A stretch of 64,000 nt of DNA from Chitinophagales bacterium (GTDB taxonomy: Bacteria; Bacteroidota; Bacteroidia; Chitinophagales; UBA10324), in assembly GCA_044227805.1 (NCBI GenBank), contig JBGAWA010000003.1, positions 16,153-80,152 on the forward strand, read 5' to 3'. The notes beneath the pieces were generated by a model. The model did no database searches and was not told the DNA's origin. It was given only the letters and a program-made list of their open reading frames with translations. Positions 8,089 to 19,021 of the stretch are shown one piece after another. The first letter of the stretch is position 1. Each line of letters starts with the position of its first letter. The translations under genes and the position numbers were made by a program.

Positions 8089-10968
8089 TCAAATACTTGC
8101 CGGAAACCTGAAAACAGTTTTCAATCCGCAACGGGTTCCGGCATTGATCAGGTCAACCACTTCCATGGTACAAGGCCGTTGCAACGACTGATTGAGAATT
8201 TCGATACGTTCCTGTATGATGGACATGGCCAGTGAACTGCCTTTGTCATTTTTTTCTGCCACGCGGCCGGTGCCGTTGTCGGTGATCTCGCAACAGATAC
8301 CCTGGCTTTCCTTTTTGAAATGGATCTTCAGTATTCCTCTCCGCTGCAGGTTTTTAAATCCATGCCGTATAGAATTTTCAACTACCGGTTGCAGCAGCAT
8401 GGATGGAATCATCAGCTCATCCCCTTCCAGTTCCTCGCCGGAAATGATCTCCCAATCAAAGGAATGATTGAACCGGAGCGATTCCAGTTCGAGATAGGTC
8501 TTCAGCAACTCACATTCTTCATTGATCGATACCGTTTTTTTGCGCGATTGGTGCAGTACCGCGCGAATCAGCTTCGCAAATTTTGCCAGGTACTCATTGG
8601 CTTCTTCCGTCTTGTGCTGAAAGATGAAATCCTGGATCGCATTCAATGAGTTGAAAATGAAATGCGGATTCATCTGCGACCGTAATGCTGCCAGCTCCGC
8701 TTCAATGGATTTTCTTTTCTGTTCCTCTTTCTGCAATTTCATCCTGTATCGATAGCGAAACAGCAGGACGCCTGCAGCGGCAAACAGGAAAATAGCCAAC
8801 CCATAAAACAGATTTGTTTTCCAGAACGGCAGTTGAATGGTGAATGCAAGCTGTAGCGGCTGTGCTGACCAGTTATCAGCTGCAGTAGCTGCCTGCACCG
8901 TAACCTGGTATTTTCCGGCGGGCAATTCCGACAGGTGTAAGGTTGAATTGGAAGTGTATTGCCATATGACATCGTCAGCCCGCAGCTTGTAACGGTAGGT
9001 GACAGCCGCCGCCTCCCGGAAGCTGATCCCGGAAAAGGATAACTGCATATTATTTTGCCGGTAGTCAAACTGCAAAGCGGTATCCGCAAAGATGGGCTTG
9101 CTGTTTACAGTAAATGAAGTAAGGTATATAGGTACGCTTGTAATTTTTTTCAGCTTGCTGTCAACCGGAAAAATGAGCAGCCCTTCATCCGTTGCTATCC
9201 AGATCATCCCATCTTTTACCAGCAAGGCATTTATTTTCTCTGATGGCAGGCCATCCTGTTTCCTGTACCGGGTAATCTGAAAGCTTCCTGTATTCAACTC
9301 CTTCAGTTTAAAAAGACCGGTCTCCGTACCGGCGTAAATGGTGTTATTGCCATCAATAAAAATATGGCGGGCCGAAATTTTTTCTTCCGGCGCCGTCATC
9401 ACCTTAAGCTGATCATTGTCAAGCAGCAGCAATCCGCTTTCAGCAGCAGCAATCCACAGTCTGCCTGTTGCGTCAAGGCGGAGGTCGCTGATCCTGCTGG
9501 TGAGTGCCGGAAATTTTTCACCCAGAAACTGCAGTGTTGTGTCTTGTAAGACGTACAGCCCTTGTTCTGTTCCCATCCAAAGACGGTTCATATCGTCAGC
9601 CACGATGGCATAGATTCTTTTATCGTGCGGAAAATGATACAGCACCGACAAGTTGTAGTCATTCAATAACGATAGTTTTTGTCCGCCACCAAGTAGCAGG
9701 CTGCCATCGCGGTTTTGGCTGGCAGATTTCGTCCATCCGATCATCATTCTCGTCAGCGGCCTGAATCTTTCATCTGCCGTAATCAGTTCACTGTTCGTGA
9801 TGATATGCCAGCGATTATGTTCAGCGGGAAAGAAATTAACCGGATAGCCTCCGGTTTCAACAGGTGGCGTTAACTCTATTTGTCCGTCTTGGAACCGGAT
9901 GAGTTGAATGCTGCCGTTTGCAAATCCGGCGATGGCGCCTTGCGGGTGGTTGGCCAGCACGACAACATCATTGTTCACCAATCCGTCCTGCATGTTCACC
10001 AACCGGATGTCAATGGAAGGGATCATATAGACGCCATCACGCAAGGGTGCAATCCAGGTATTGCCTTCGCTATCCGTAAACACATGGCCGCAGTAGTTGC
10101 CATCCAGTAATTTCAACTGATGTCGTGCATCCAGCATTTTGTTGCGAAACAGGCGTGCACCTGTTTTCGACATCAGCCAGAGGTTGTTATCATCTTCCTC
10201 TATGCTGTTGTATTCACCGAAGGGATTCAGTTCAAAGCCGGTCGCGGTATCTGTCTTATTGCCATTGAAACGCACGAAGCCTGATCTTCCCAAAACCACG
10301 CTGGAGCCATCGGAAAGGAGGAAGCCATGAATGATATTGGCAGGATACTGCTGAGTGGAAGGAGTTGCTTTTCCATGGTTGAAAATAACTGCACGGTCAT
10401 TGGTAAAAAGTAATAGCTGTCCGGCCGTATCCATTTTCACAGACTTTAATCCGTTCAGGTAATTGAAGCCCGTTGCGCTCAGCAGGGTTTGTTTGGAATA
10501 GCTGTTGACGCTGTCGCCATTTACTTCAATAAACCCATCGCTGTTGGAAACTAAATAGACCGTACCCTTTTTAGAAACCAGCACTTTGCAGAATACCGAA
10601 TTCAACTGTGTCTTGGCAGCTACGGCCGAATTGTTTTCATTATAAAATTTTCCATGCTTGTAATAAGAAGCTTTGCCATTGAAACCGAGAAACCAGATCC
10701 GATGAAAAAGATCTTTGCCCAGCCGGATGATTTCATCATCTGCGATACCATCCGATTTTAAAAAGTTGGCGAAGTGTTTTCCGTCAAACCGGCTGACACC
10801 ATGATCGGTGGCAAACCAGATAAAACCGTCATCGTCCTGCAGCACATCATACACCACGTTGCTGGGCAACCCGTCGGCCGATGTAAAATGTTTCATATAA
10901 ACATTTTGTGCCGGGCACAGGTTGGCGAAGCAGCAATAAAAACTTACCAGGAAGAGGAGGCGTAGCAT
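8089..10968 (-). CDS. Sensor histidine kinase with periplasmic two-component-regulator propeller repeats, a Y_Y_Y domain, one TM segment and a LytS/YehU-type His_kinase plus HATPase
   Basis: 959 aa. Repeated 'G.W..T..GL' propeller motifs. TM segment FYGLAIFLFAAAGVLLF. The MNPHFIFNSLNAI H-box is typical of LytS-type kinases. C-terminal ATPase (ITDNGTG). Confidence 0.88.
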   Translation of the reverse strand: MLRLLFLVSFYCCFANLCPAQNVYMKHFTSADGLPSNVVYDVLQDDDGFIWFATDHGVSRFDGKHFANFLKSDGIADDEIIRLGKDLFHRIWFLGFNGKASYYKHGKFYNENNSAVAAKTQLNSVFCKVLVSKKGTVYLVSNSDGFIEVNGDSVNSYSKQTLLSATGFNYLNGLKSVKMDTAGQLLLFTNDRAVIFNHGKATPSTQQYPANIIHGFLLSDGSSVVLGRSGFVRFNGNKTDTATGFELNPFGEYNSIEEDDNNLWLMSKTGARLFRNKMLDARHQLKLLDGNYCGHVFTDSEGNTWIAPLRDGVYMIPSIDIRLVNMQDGLVNNDVVVLANHPQGAIAGFANGSIQLIRFQDGQIELTPPVETGGYPVNFFPAEHNRWHIITNSELITADERFRPLTRMMIGWTKSASQNRDGSLLLGGGQKLSLLNDYNLSVLYHFPHDKRIYAIVADDMNRLWMGTEQGLYVLQDTTLQFLGEKFPALTSRISDLRLDATGRLWIAAAESGLLLLDNDQLKVMTAPEEKISARHIFIDGNNTIYAGTETGLFKLKELNTGSFQITRYRKQDGLPSEKINALLVKDGMIWIATDEGLLIFPVDSKLKKITSVPIYLTSFTVNSKPIFADTALQFDYRQNNMQLSFSGISFREAAAVTYRYKLRADDVIWQYTSNSTLHLSELPAGKYQVTVQAATAADNWSAQPLQLAFTIQLPFWKTNLFYGLAIFLFAAAGVLLFRYRYRMKLQKEEQKRKSIEAELAALRSQMNPHFIFNSLNAIQDFIFQHKTEEANEYLAKFAKLIRAVLHQSRKKTVSINEECELLKTYLELESLRFNHSFDWEIISGEELEGDELMIPSMLLQPVVENSIRHGFKNLQRRGILKIHFKKESQGICCEITDNGTGRVAEKNDKGSSLAMSIIQERIEILNQSLQRPCTMEVVDLINAGTRCGLKTVFRFPASI

Positions 10969-11119
10969 TCCGGAAATATAAGGAAGCCTGTTGTTAAAGA
11001 AGGTGTTCTATTTAGCATTTGCGGAAGTATAAATCTTCTCTGAAAGAACTATCTTCTTCTAAAATTATAGCACCTCACCCTTGCGAAACGTTGTCTTGCT
11101 TAATAAAAATGGAGATGTG

Positions 11120-12304
11120 TCATCCCGTTTCAGCAACCTTATTCAGTCTTGTACAAAAGAGATAAACAGCAACCACCAAACTTCCCGCTGCACTTACCAG
11201 TAAAGCCGCTTCCGGTGAAACTGCATACCAGATCAATCCCGTCAGGCTGCTGGCGGCAAAGGCGAAAAAAGAATTCCAACCGGCATAAAAACCAATAGCC
11301 GATGCCGTTTCTGTTGCAGGAACAAGGTTGCTAATGAGTGCTTTTGCCACGCCTTCCGTAGCGGCAGCATATACTCCATAGAGCAAAAATGCGATCACCA
11401 GCACCGTATAATTTCCGGTGAGGGCCATCATGGCATACACCGTTGCAAACAGCAGGAAACCACCAACCATCACCGGTTTCAATCCGGATTTATCCGCAAG
11501 CTTTCCCAGTGGGAAGGCGAACAAAGCGTACACGAGATTGTAAAAAATATAAGCCATCAGGACGGTGCTGTCACTGCCTGTAACCTGTTTGACTCTTAAC
11601 AAGAGAAACACATCGGAGCTGTTGATCAGTCCGAAAAACAACAGTCCCACTAAAAGCTGCCGGAAGGCGACAGGAGATTTCTTCCAGTACAGGAATTTTT
11701 CAATCAATGAACTGTCTTCGCGCACAACTGCCGGCACTTTGTGTTTTTCTTTGATAAAGAAGGTAAGCAGCACGCTGACGATGGCGGGCAGGAAAGCAAG
11801 CAGGAAAAGCATTGTGTATTCACCCGGATTATAATGCAGGTAGATCAATGCCGCGATCGGCCCTACCGCGGCACCTGTTGTATCCATGGCGCGGTGAAAA
11901 CCGAAGACCGTTCCTTTATTTTCCGGCGTCGTTTCGTCTGAGAGCAAGGCATCTCTTGCTCCGGTACGGATGCCTTTTCCAAAACGATCAAGTGCTCTCG
12001 AGGAAAAAATCCAGGCAGGAACGGTAAAAAGGGAAAGCATGGGTTTGGATATCGCGCTCAGCAAATATCCCAGCCGTACATAAGGCATTCTCCGTCCGGT
12101 TTCATCTGATAACCTTCCAAAGTACATTTTACTCAATCCTGCAAGGGCTTCCGCAAATCCTTCGAGCACGCCAATCAATACCGTTGAAAATCCGATGGAT
12201 TGCAAGAATACAGGCATCACCGGATACAACATTTCGCTGGAGATATCCGTGAATAAACTGACAAGGGATAAAACGAGAATGGTACGCGTGATGACTTGCT
12301 TCAT
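11120..12304 (-). CDS. MFS transporter
   Basis: 394 aa with about 12 predicted hydrophobic helices. MFS-like loop motif GRLSDETGRR. Confidence 0.8.
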   Translation of the reverse strand: MKQVITRTILVLSLVSLFTDISSEMLYPVMPVFLQSIGFSTVLIGVLEGFAEALAGLSKMYFGRLSDETGRRMPYVRLGYLLSAISKPMLSLFTVPAWIFSSRALDRFGKGIRTGARDALLSDETTPENKGTVFGFHRAMDTTGAAVGPIAALIYLHYNPGEYTMLFLLAFLPAIVSVLLTFFIKEKHKVPAVVREDSSLIEKFLYWKKSPVAFRQLLVGLLFFGLINSSDVFLLLRVKQVTGSDSTVLMAYIFYNLVYALFAFPLGKLADKSGLKPVMVGGFLLFATVYAMMALTGNYTVLVIAFLLYGVYAAATEGVAKALISNLVPATETASAIGFYAGWNSFFAFAASSLTGLIWYAVSPEAALLVSAAGSLVVAVYLFCTRLNKVAETG

Positions 12305-12566
12305 ATTTCGAAGATAGAGAAGAAAGCGGGCCCTTGAATGATATCAATTTCGTGTCGCACTCAGCGGGAAAATAGCAGATCAACGCAAGAAGACAACTTT
12401 TACCGCCTTCATAGCGGTGTTGTGAAAAAATATTTCAATTCTCTTCCTGATCATAAGACCTGCGGTGTTTTTTAAATGGCGTCATAGCAAGTAGTGTAAA
12501 CGCCGGGTGTAATACACCATCAGCAGCAGCCTGATGTTTCAACGGTAAATCCGGATGGAATTTTAT

Positions 12567-13283
12567 TCACCCTTTCCTGAAAACCTCCTCCAGCACCTTC
12601 CATGACTTAGGCCACGAAAAATCGGGTACATGTAACTGATAATATTGCAACAGGGCTTCGAGCAACTGTCTGCGAAGCGCAGTGGCGGGTGCAGCAGTGG
12701 TATCCTGCATAAAGAAGGATAGTTGTTGCGATAAATCAACCGCAAGCGTATCCGGATGGCTGCTGCCGGAAGCTATAAACATCCCTTCGCGAAGGCTGAA
12801 GCAGGGTGTTTGTTCACTGAACAATCCACTCGGATAAAACCCAAGATACACCGACAACTCCAGCAGAAATGCCAGCAGGAATCCCGATGGCACATGCTCC
12901 GTCTCATCCAGGGATTTTACCTTTTCAAAAATGAAATGAAACAAGCGTTCATTGGCTTCTTCTTCATGAATAGATTTGCCCAAGACTTCAATCATGAACA
13001 AACCGGCCGAAGATTTCACAAGATCGAAAGGGATGGATCGGAAGATCACCGCGGCCTGCATTTCTTTGATGCGGTTCAGGTTGCGATGTTCACGGTGATA
13101 AACTTCCATCTCCAGCAAAGACAACGATTGCAACAAGCCCGCTTTGTTTTTTGATTTGGCGGATCGCACGCCATTGATGATATAGGACTGCAATCCAAAC
13201 TTCTCTGTATAAATTTTACTCACCACGCTTGTTTCGGAAAACTTGATGGTTCTGAATACAATGCCTTGTGTTTTTTGCAGCAT
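12567..13283 (-). CDS. recO: DNA repair protein RecO
   Basis: N-terminal OB-fold sequence MLQKTQGIVFRTIKFSETSVV...LLEMEVYH is typical of RecO. I chose the ATG at 13283 because the track's TTG at 13295 lies inside a TACATTTG promoter-like box. Confidence 0.85.
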   Translation of the reverse strand: MLQKTQGIVFRTIKFSETSVVSKIYTEKFGLQSYIINGVRSAKSKNKAGLLQSLSLLEMEVYHREHRNLNRIKEMQAAVIFRSIPFDLVKSSAGLFMIEVLGKSIHEEEANERLFHFIFEKVKSLDETEHVPSGFLLAFLLELSVYLGFYPSGLFSEQTPCFSLREGMFIASGSSHPDTLAVDLSQQLSFFMQDTTAAPATALRRQLLEALLQYYQLHVPDFSWPKSWKVLEEVFRKG

Positions 13284-13292
13284 GATGGTTTT

Positions 13293-13300
13293 CAAATGTA
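13293..13300 (-). promoter_or_regulatory. Candidate Bacteroidota -7 promoter box TAnnTTTG upstream of recO
   Basis: The minus strand reads TACATTTG, 9 nt upstream of the recO ATG. It matches the established Bacteroidetes sigma-A -7 consensus TAnnTTTG. Confidence 0.4.
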
Positions 13301-13368
13301 CAAAGGCGGTTTCATTTTCATCTTACTTGCTGTACCTTCATTCCATCACGCGATAGTAAATACGCTGC

Positions 13369-15564
13369 ATGAAGGTCAACCTGCTTAAAAAAATTATCCC
13401 CGCCATTCCTTATCTGTCGCTGATAGCCGTACCGTTTTTCATCTTCTGGCCACTGTGGCTGCATCCGGAGGCGATGGCGTACGACATGGCCGATTATTTT
13501 TTGCCATACCGTTATTTCATCGGCGAATGCCTGCAGCAGCATCAGTTTCCCTGGTGGAATCCCTATACAGGAATGGGTGTGCCAATGGCGGCTGATCCGC
13601 AGACCGGAGTCTTTTATCCCATCACCTGGCTGACAGGCTATATGGCGGGATATGATTTTTTAACCATCAACCTCGAGTACCTGTTGCACATCGTGATAGC
13701 AGGCTTTGGTATGTACCTGTTGCTGCGCGGATTAAAATACCCGGTAATGATCTGCCTGTGGCTTGCCTGGTCTTATCAGTGCTGTGGTTTTTTTGTAAAC
13801 AACGCGCAACATTATTCCTGGATCATCAGTGCGGCATGGCTTCCATTCATTTTTCATTATTACAGGAAAGCTTTTTTATCGTGCAGCTATCAGGATGCGG
13901 TTAAGACTGCGCTATCGCTGTTCCTGTTTACTACAGGCGGTTATCCTGCCTTCCTGATTATCTTGTTATATCTGCTGGGAGGACATTTTTGCTATGTTTT
14001 GGCAGGAAGCGTCTTCCGGCAGGATAGAAAGATGTTTTTCAATATGCTGAAATGGAGCAGTGTGTTGCTCATCATTTATCTGATCATTACAGCGCCTTAT
14101 ATTTTTTCTTTCCTGCAAGGCGTGCCACGCATGACACGCGGCGAAGCACTCATAAAAGGACATACCACATTCAGTGCGTTCACGCCACAAAGCATGATTA
14201 CTTTTTTCTTGCCGGCTGTTCCCATGGGGCAAAACCGGGATTTCAATACCGATACTTCCATGACCAATGTTTATATCGGCCTATGGGCGCTCCTGTTTTT
14301 GGTGATTGGCGTGATGCGGACAATACGAACAAACCGTCGGGGAATCATTTTTGTTACCCTCCTCTTTTTCCTGATTGCAATGGGCGACGCGTTTCCCGTC
14401 TGGCCATTCCTGTTTGACAGGGTTCCATTCTTTGATCACATTCGCTTTCCTGCGGCTTTCCGCCTGTTTGTGATTATGGGATGCATCGTGATAGCAGCGG
14501 AAGGAATGAAGGCGGAGCAATCGCGGCATTCAAAAACACCGCAGGCTGTCGGACTCATTTTCCTGTTGATCGTATTGCTGTTGTGTGCAGTGGCAGCCTG
14601 TTATAACCATAATTTTATGATTCCTGATGTGTTTTCAACGGCAGGGTTTCTGAAGTTCTTTGGCGAAAGCAGCACCGCCAACAATATTGTGCTGCAATCA
14701 ATTCTGCAATTGATCCCGCTGACTGCTCTGCTGATTTTGATTTATTCAAATCAGAAATGGCAAAGTCAGCAATGGTATGTATTGGTTACTGTGGTGTTGC
14801 TTTCTGATTTGTTTATTGCATCAAGAATCAACTTTACCACGATCATGTCAAGTCCTTTTCCGGCGAATGCCCTGAATGAAAAAATAGCACAGGCACCGGA
14901 TGGGCTGCCGGTGTGGGATGCCATGACAACCGTTGCCACCACCAATATTGGCGATGGCAGTTACGCTCCGTCCTACTTCAACAATAACCTGTTCAGGAAA
15001 CAATTCGCCAGAGATGCCTACTCACCATTTGTATTAAAATTAAAAAGTAATCTCGATCATTCTCCGCAGTGCAATAGCCTCCTGGATCGCCCAGTTATAT
15101 ATCTTACAAACCACGTTCAGTTAACTCCGCCGCATCCCGCTGACAATGTGCCATTAAACAACCGCCTTACTGCGCTGACTGATGAATTGACGCTTCAGCA
15201 ATTGACACCTGCCACCTCAGATTCTGTTTTCTATGATTTGCAACTTACCTCCTTTGCTAACAATCAATTGGTGGTGCAGGTACATGTAAACCGGCAGGCG
15301 CTGCTCATCCTGCAGCAAACGTATTATCCGGGATGGAAGGTAACCGTCAACGATAAAGCGGCCGACTTGTTGATTTCCAATTTCTGTATGATGTCGGTAC
15401 TGTTGCCGGCCGGCGATCATACCGTGGACTTCTTTTTTGATACAACGTTAACAAGGTGGTTACTGGTCATCAGCAACAGCCTGCTGCTGTTAATGCTGCC
15501 GCTGATTTTTTTATTCAGCGCGAAAATCATTCGCATCAATGGTTTAAATTCGCCGCGTGAATAA
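13369..15564 (+). CDS. YfhO-like polytopic membrane protein (putative glycosyltransferase)
   Basis: 731 aa. Many TM helices are followed by a soluble C-terminal domain and a terminal TM, which is the typical YfhO layout. Confidence 0.6.
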   Translation: MKVNLLKKIIPAIPYLSLIAVPFFIFWPLWLHPEAMAYDMADYFLPYRYFIGECLQQHQFPWWNPYTGMGVPMAADPQTGVFYPITWLTGYMAGYDFLTINLEYLLHIVIAGFGMYLLLRGLKYPVMICLWLAWSYQCCGFFVNNAQHYSWIISAAWLPFIFHYYRKAFLSCSYQDAVKTALSLFLFTTGGYPAFLIILLYLLGGHFCYVLAGSVFRQDRKMFFNMLKWSSVLLIIYLIITAPYIFSFLQGVPRMTRGEALIKGHTTFSAFTPQSMITFFLPAVPMGQNRDFNTDTSMTNVYIGLWALLFLVIGVMRTIRTNRRGIIFVTLLFFLIAMGDAFPVWPFLFDRVPFFDHIRFPAAFRLFVIMGCIVIAAEGMKAEQSRHSKTPQAVGLIFLLIVLLLCAVAACYNHNFMIPDVFSTAGFLKFFGESSTANNIVLQSILQLIPLTALLILIYSNQKWQSQQWYVLVTVVLLSDLFIASRINFTTIMSSPFPANALNEKIAQAPDGLPVWDAMTTVATTNIGDGSYAPSYFNNNLFRKQFARDAYSPFVLKLKSNLDHSPQCNSLLDRPVIYLTNHVQLTPPHPADNVPLNNRLTALTDELTLQQLTPATSDSVFYDLQLTSFANNQLVVQVHVNRQALLILQQTYYPGWKVTVNDKAADLLISNFCMMSVLLPAGDHTVDFFFDTTLTRWLLVISNSLLLLMLPLIFLFSAKIIRINGLNSPRE

Positions 15565-18500
15565 GACGGAATTACTGCAACAATTTGTTGCAGATGAGCG
15601 GTTGACAAACATCGCATCTAAGTTTCATCCTTCAACGGCCACCAGCCATCTACTCCCGGGCGGAGATACGGATAATATCTTACCGCCGGAAGGACAAGGG
15701 CATCCCCTGCGCCTTCATCTCAAAGGGCTGGCAGGTTCATCCGCCTCTCTTGTCGCTGCCGCGTTTCACCAGTTGTTCAACAGGCCGTTTGTTTTTGTTT
15801 TGAATGACAAAGAGGAAGCGGCGTATTTCCAAAATGACTTACAGCAATTTATTGAAAAGAAGGAAGTCCTTTTTTTGACGGATGCCTTTAAGAAGCCGGG
15901 CCATTTTGATGAGCTCAACAACAGCCATGTGCAGCTGCGAACAGAAGCGCTCAACCAAATCGTGAATTCGCCTGCCAGGAATGAATTGCTGGTTACGTAC
16001 CCGGAAGCATTGATGGAGAAGGTGGTGAACACGCAGGCATTGAAGAAGTCAACGATCCTCATCAGGATGAATGAAAAGCTGGATGAGGACTTTATGATTG
16101 ACATGCTCATCAGCTATGGATTTCATCGCGAAGACTTCGTTTATGAGCCAGGTCAGTTTGCCATCCGCGGTGGCATCATTGATATTTTTTCTTTCGGCAA
16201 TGAGTTGCCTTATCGCATAGAGCTGTTTGTGGATGAAGTGGAATCCATCCGTGTATTTGATCCGCTCACACAGCTTTCGCAGAAGAGAATTTCACAGGTA
16301 ACCATCGTTCCCAATATACAGACACAATTTTCCAGCACGGAAAAAATCCCCTTTCTTGATTTCATTCCGGAAGATAGCATCCTTTGGTTCCAGGATGTTG
16401 CCTTTACCCGCGACCGTATCAACGCCTGTTTTGTAACTGCCGGCGACCTGCTCGGCCGCATGAAGGAAATGCTGCCCGGAGAAGAGGACGTGGTCATACA
16501 GGCAACGCCGGAAGAGTTATTAACCGATGCCGCTGCCGTTATGAAAGCCCTTGACCGGTTTCCCGTTATTGAATATGGCAAACAGTTTTTCTTCCGGAAA
16601 GATGAATGGCTGCAGTTTAATATGGATCCGCAGCCGAGCATCAATAAAAATTTTAACCTGCTGATTGATTACTGGAGAAAATACCGTGAGGACCATATCG
16701 ACATCCTCTTGTTTTCAGATAATGCCAATCAGTTCCGACGGCTTGATTCTATTCTTGATGACCTGAAGGCAAATGTTATTTATCATCCTTTTGCCTTCGC
16801 TATCCGTGAAGGGTTTGTTGATAAGGATCGTAACATCGCCTGCTATACCGACCACCAGGTATTCGACCGTTATCACCGTTACCATCTTAAACAGGGATTT
16901 TCAAAAAGTAAATCGCTCACGGTTAAACTGCTCCGCGAGCTGCGCCCGGGAGATTTTGTCACGCATATTGATCACGGCGTAGGCGTATTCAGCGGACTGG
17001 AAAAGATAGACGTGAACGGACAGTTACAGGAAGCCGTGCGATTAGTGTATCGCGATAATGATTTATTATATGTCAATATTCAATCGCTGCATAAGATCAG
17101 CAAATACATCGGGAAAGACGGAACGCCGCCACGCATCAATAAACTCGGAACCGATGCCTGGGAGGCGCTGAAACGAAAGACAAAGTCGAAAGTAAAAGAC
17201 ATTGCAAAAGACCTGATTGAATTATATGCGAAACGAAAAGCGACAAAGGGCTTTGCTTTCGCGCCGGATTCCTATTTGCAGACCGAATTGGAGTCAAGCT
17301 TTATCTATGAAGACACCCCGGATCAGCTGAAATCCATCACCGATATCAAGCGTGATATGGAAAAAAATTTCCCCATGGACCGGCTTGTATGTGGTGATGT
17401 GGGCTTCGGGAAAACAGAGGTGGCCATACGTGCCGCATTTAAAGCGGTGGCTGACGGAAAACAAGTGGCGGTGCTGGTGCCGACCACCATTCTTGCCTTG
17501 CAGCATTATAAAACATTTGGTGAGCGGCTGATTGATTTTCCATGTACGGTGGATTACATCAACCGTTTTAAATCGGCAAAACAGCAGAAGGAAACCCTGT
17601 TGCAACTGCAGGATGGAAAAATTGATATCATCATCGGCACCTCTGCCCTGATCAGTCAACGTGTGAAATTCAAAAACCTCGGCTTGCTCATCATTGATGA
17701 AGAGCAAAAATTCGGTGTGGCGGCAAAGGAAAAACTTCGTCAGCTGAAAGCCAATGTGGATACGCTTACCTTAACCGCAACACCAATTCCCCGCACTCTG
17801 CAGTTCTCTTTGCTTGGCGCGCGCGACCTTTCCATCATCAACACACCGCCCCCCAACCGGCAACCGATTGAAACAGAGCTGATGGTGTTTGATCCTGATA
17901 AGATAAAGGAAGCCGTGGATTTTGAAATCAGCCGTGGCGGACAGGTTTTTTTCATTCACAACCGCGTGAAGGATATTGGAGAAATGGCGGCCATGCTGAA
18001 AAAGATTTGCCCCGAAACGGATATCGCCGTTGCGCACGGGCAACAGGAAGGCCATATCCTCGAAGAAAAAATGATTGACTTTATTGAGCGCCGCTATGAT
18101 GTGCTGGTCTGTACCAATATCGTGGAGTCCGGACTCGACATTCCCAATGCCAATACCATCATCATCAACGATGCGCAGAATTTCGGACTGAGCGATTTGC
18201 ATCAGTTGCGAGGGAGAGTGGGCCGGTCGAACAAAAAGGCCTTCTGTTATCTCGTAACACCGCCGCTATCCACGCTTACCACTGATGCAAGGAAAAGACT
18301 GAAGACCATTGAAGAATTTGCGGATCTCGGCAGCGGTTTCCAGATTTCCATGCGTGACATGGACATTCGGGGAGCGGGAAATTTATTGGGAGGCGAACAG
18401 AGTGGATTTATAGCGGACATTGGTTATGATACGTATCACAAAATACTGGATGAAGCTATCCGGGAACTGAAACATACCGACTTCAAAGAATTGTTTGCCG

Positions 18501-19009
18501 ATGAAGAGAAAGCGGAAGAAAAATTTGTGCGCGACTGCACGATTGATTCTGATGCGGAGATGTTGTTTCCTGACAGTTATATTTCCAACATCAATGAACG
18601 GCTTGCTTTATACACCGAGCTGGATAGTATTGCAGATGATGAAGGACTGAAATTGTTTGATCAGAAACTCCGCGACCGGTTCGGGCCGGTTCCCAAAGAA
18701 GTGAAGGAATTATTTGATGGGGTACGGCTGCGAAAACTCGCGCGGCAATTAGGGTTTGAACGCCTGCAGCAACGCAAGGGGATTTTGAAATGCTATACGG
18801 TGGAAAATCCTGAATCCGCCTATTACGACTCTGATATTTTTGCCCGCGTGATGGGCTTTGTGCTGCGGCACCCCCATCGTTGCGCCATGCGGCAGATGGA
18901 AAAAAATATGTTGCTCACCATTCAATCGGTCAGAAACATGCACCAGGCAATGGAAGTGATGGAGAAAATGCTGGAAGAGGCGGAGGTGGCATCAATGCCT
19001 AAGAAGTAG
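15557..19009 (+). CDS. mfd: Transcription-repair coupling factor Mfd
   Basis: 1150 aa. CarD-like domain (GDFVTHIDHGVG), DEAD/H helicase motifs (GDVGFGKTEV, IIDEEQKFGV, TATPIPRT), and a TRCF C-terminal domain. Confidence 0.95.
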   Translation: MNKTELLQQFVADERLTNIASKFHPSTATSHLLPGGDTDNILPPEGQGHPLRLHLKGLAGSSASLVAAAFHQLFNRPFVFVLNDKEEAAYFQNDLQQFIEKKEVLFLTDAFKKPGHFDELNNSHVQLRTEALNQIVNSPARNELLVTYPEALMEKVVNTQALKKSTILIRMNEKLDEDFMIDMLISYGFHREDFVYEPGQFAIRGGIIDIFSFGNELPYRIELFVDEVESIRVFDPLTQLSQKRISQVTIVPNIQTQFSSTEKIPFLDFIPEDSILWFQDVAFTRDRINACFVTAGDLLGRMKEMLPGEEDVVIQATPEELLTDAAAVMKALDRFPVIEYGKQFFFRKDEWLQFNMDPQPSINKNFNLLIDYWRKYREDHIDILLFSDNANQFRRLDSILDDLKANVIYHPFAFAIREGFVDKDRNIACYTDHQVFDRYHRYHLKQGFSKSKSLTVKLLRELRPGDFVTHIDHGVGVFSGLEKIDVNGQLQEAVRLVYRDNDLLYVNIQSLHKISKYIGKDGTPPRINKLGTDAWEALKRKTKSKVKDIAKDLIELYAKRKATKGFAFAPDSYLQTELESSFIYEDTPDQLKSITDIKRDMEKNFPMDRLVCGDVGFGKTEVAIRAAFKAVADGKQVAVLVPTTILALQHYKTFGERLIDFPCTVDYINRFKSAKQQKETLLQLQDGKIDIIIGTSALISQRVKFKNLGLLIIDEEQKFGVAAKEKLRQLKANVDTLTLTATPIPRTLQFSLLGARDLSIINTPPPNRQPIETELMVFDPDKIKEAVDFEISRGGQVFFIHNRVKDIGEMAAMLKKICPETDIAVAHGQQEGHILEEKMIDFIERRYDVLVCTNIVESGLDIPNANTIIINDAQNFGLSDLHQLRGRVGRSNKKAFCYLVTPPLSTLTTDARKRLKTIEEFADLGSGFQISMRDMDIRGAGNLLGGEQSGFIADIGYDTYHKILDEAIRELKHTDFKELFADEEKAEEKFVRDCTIDSDAEMLFPDSYISNINERLALYTELDSIADDEGLKLFDQKLRDRFGPVPKEVKELFDGVRLRKLARQLGFERLQQRKGILKCYTVENPESAYYDSDIFARVMGFVLRHPHRCAMRQMEKNMLLTIQSVRNMHQAMEVMEKMLEEAEVASMPKK

Positions 19010-19021
19010 GCAGCCACCCGA

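Noticed and set aside
7383-8111. 242-aa ORF antisense to the LytTR regulator.
   Set aside because: It fully overlaps a gene with clear receiver and LytTR motifs. Its own sequence has no recognisable features.
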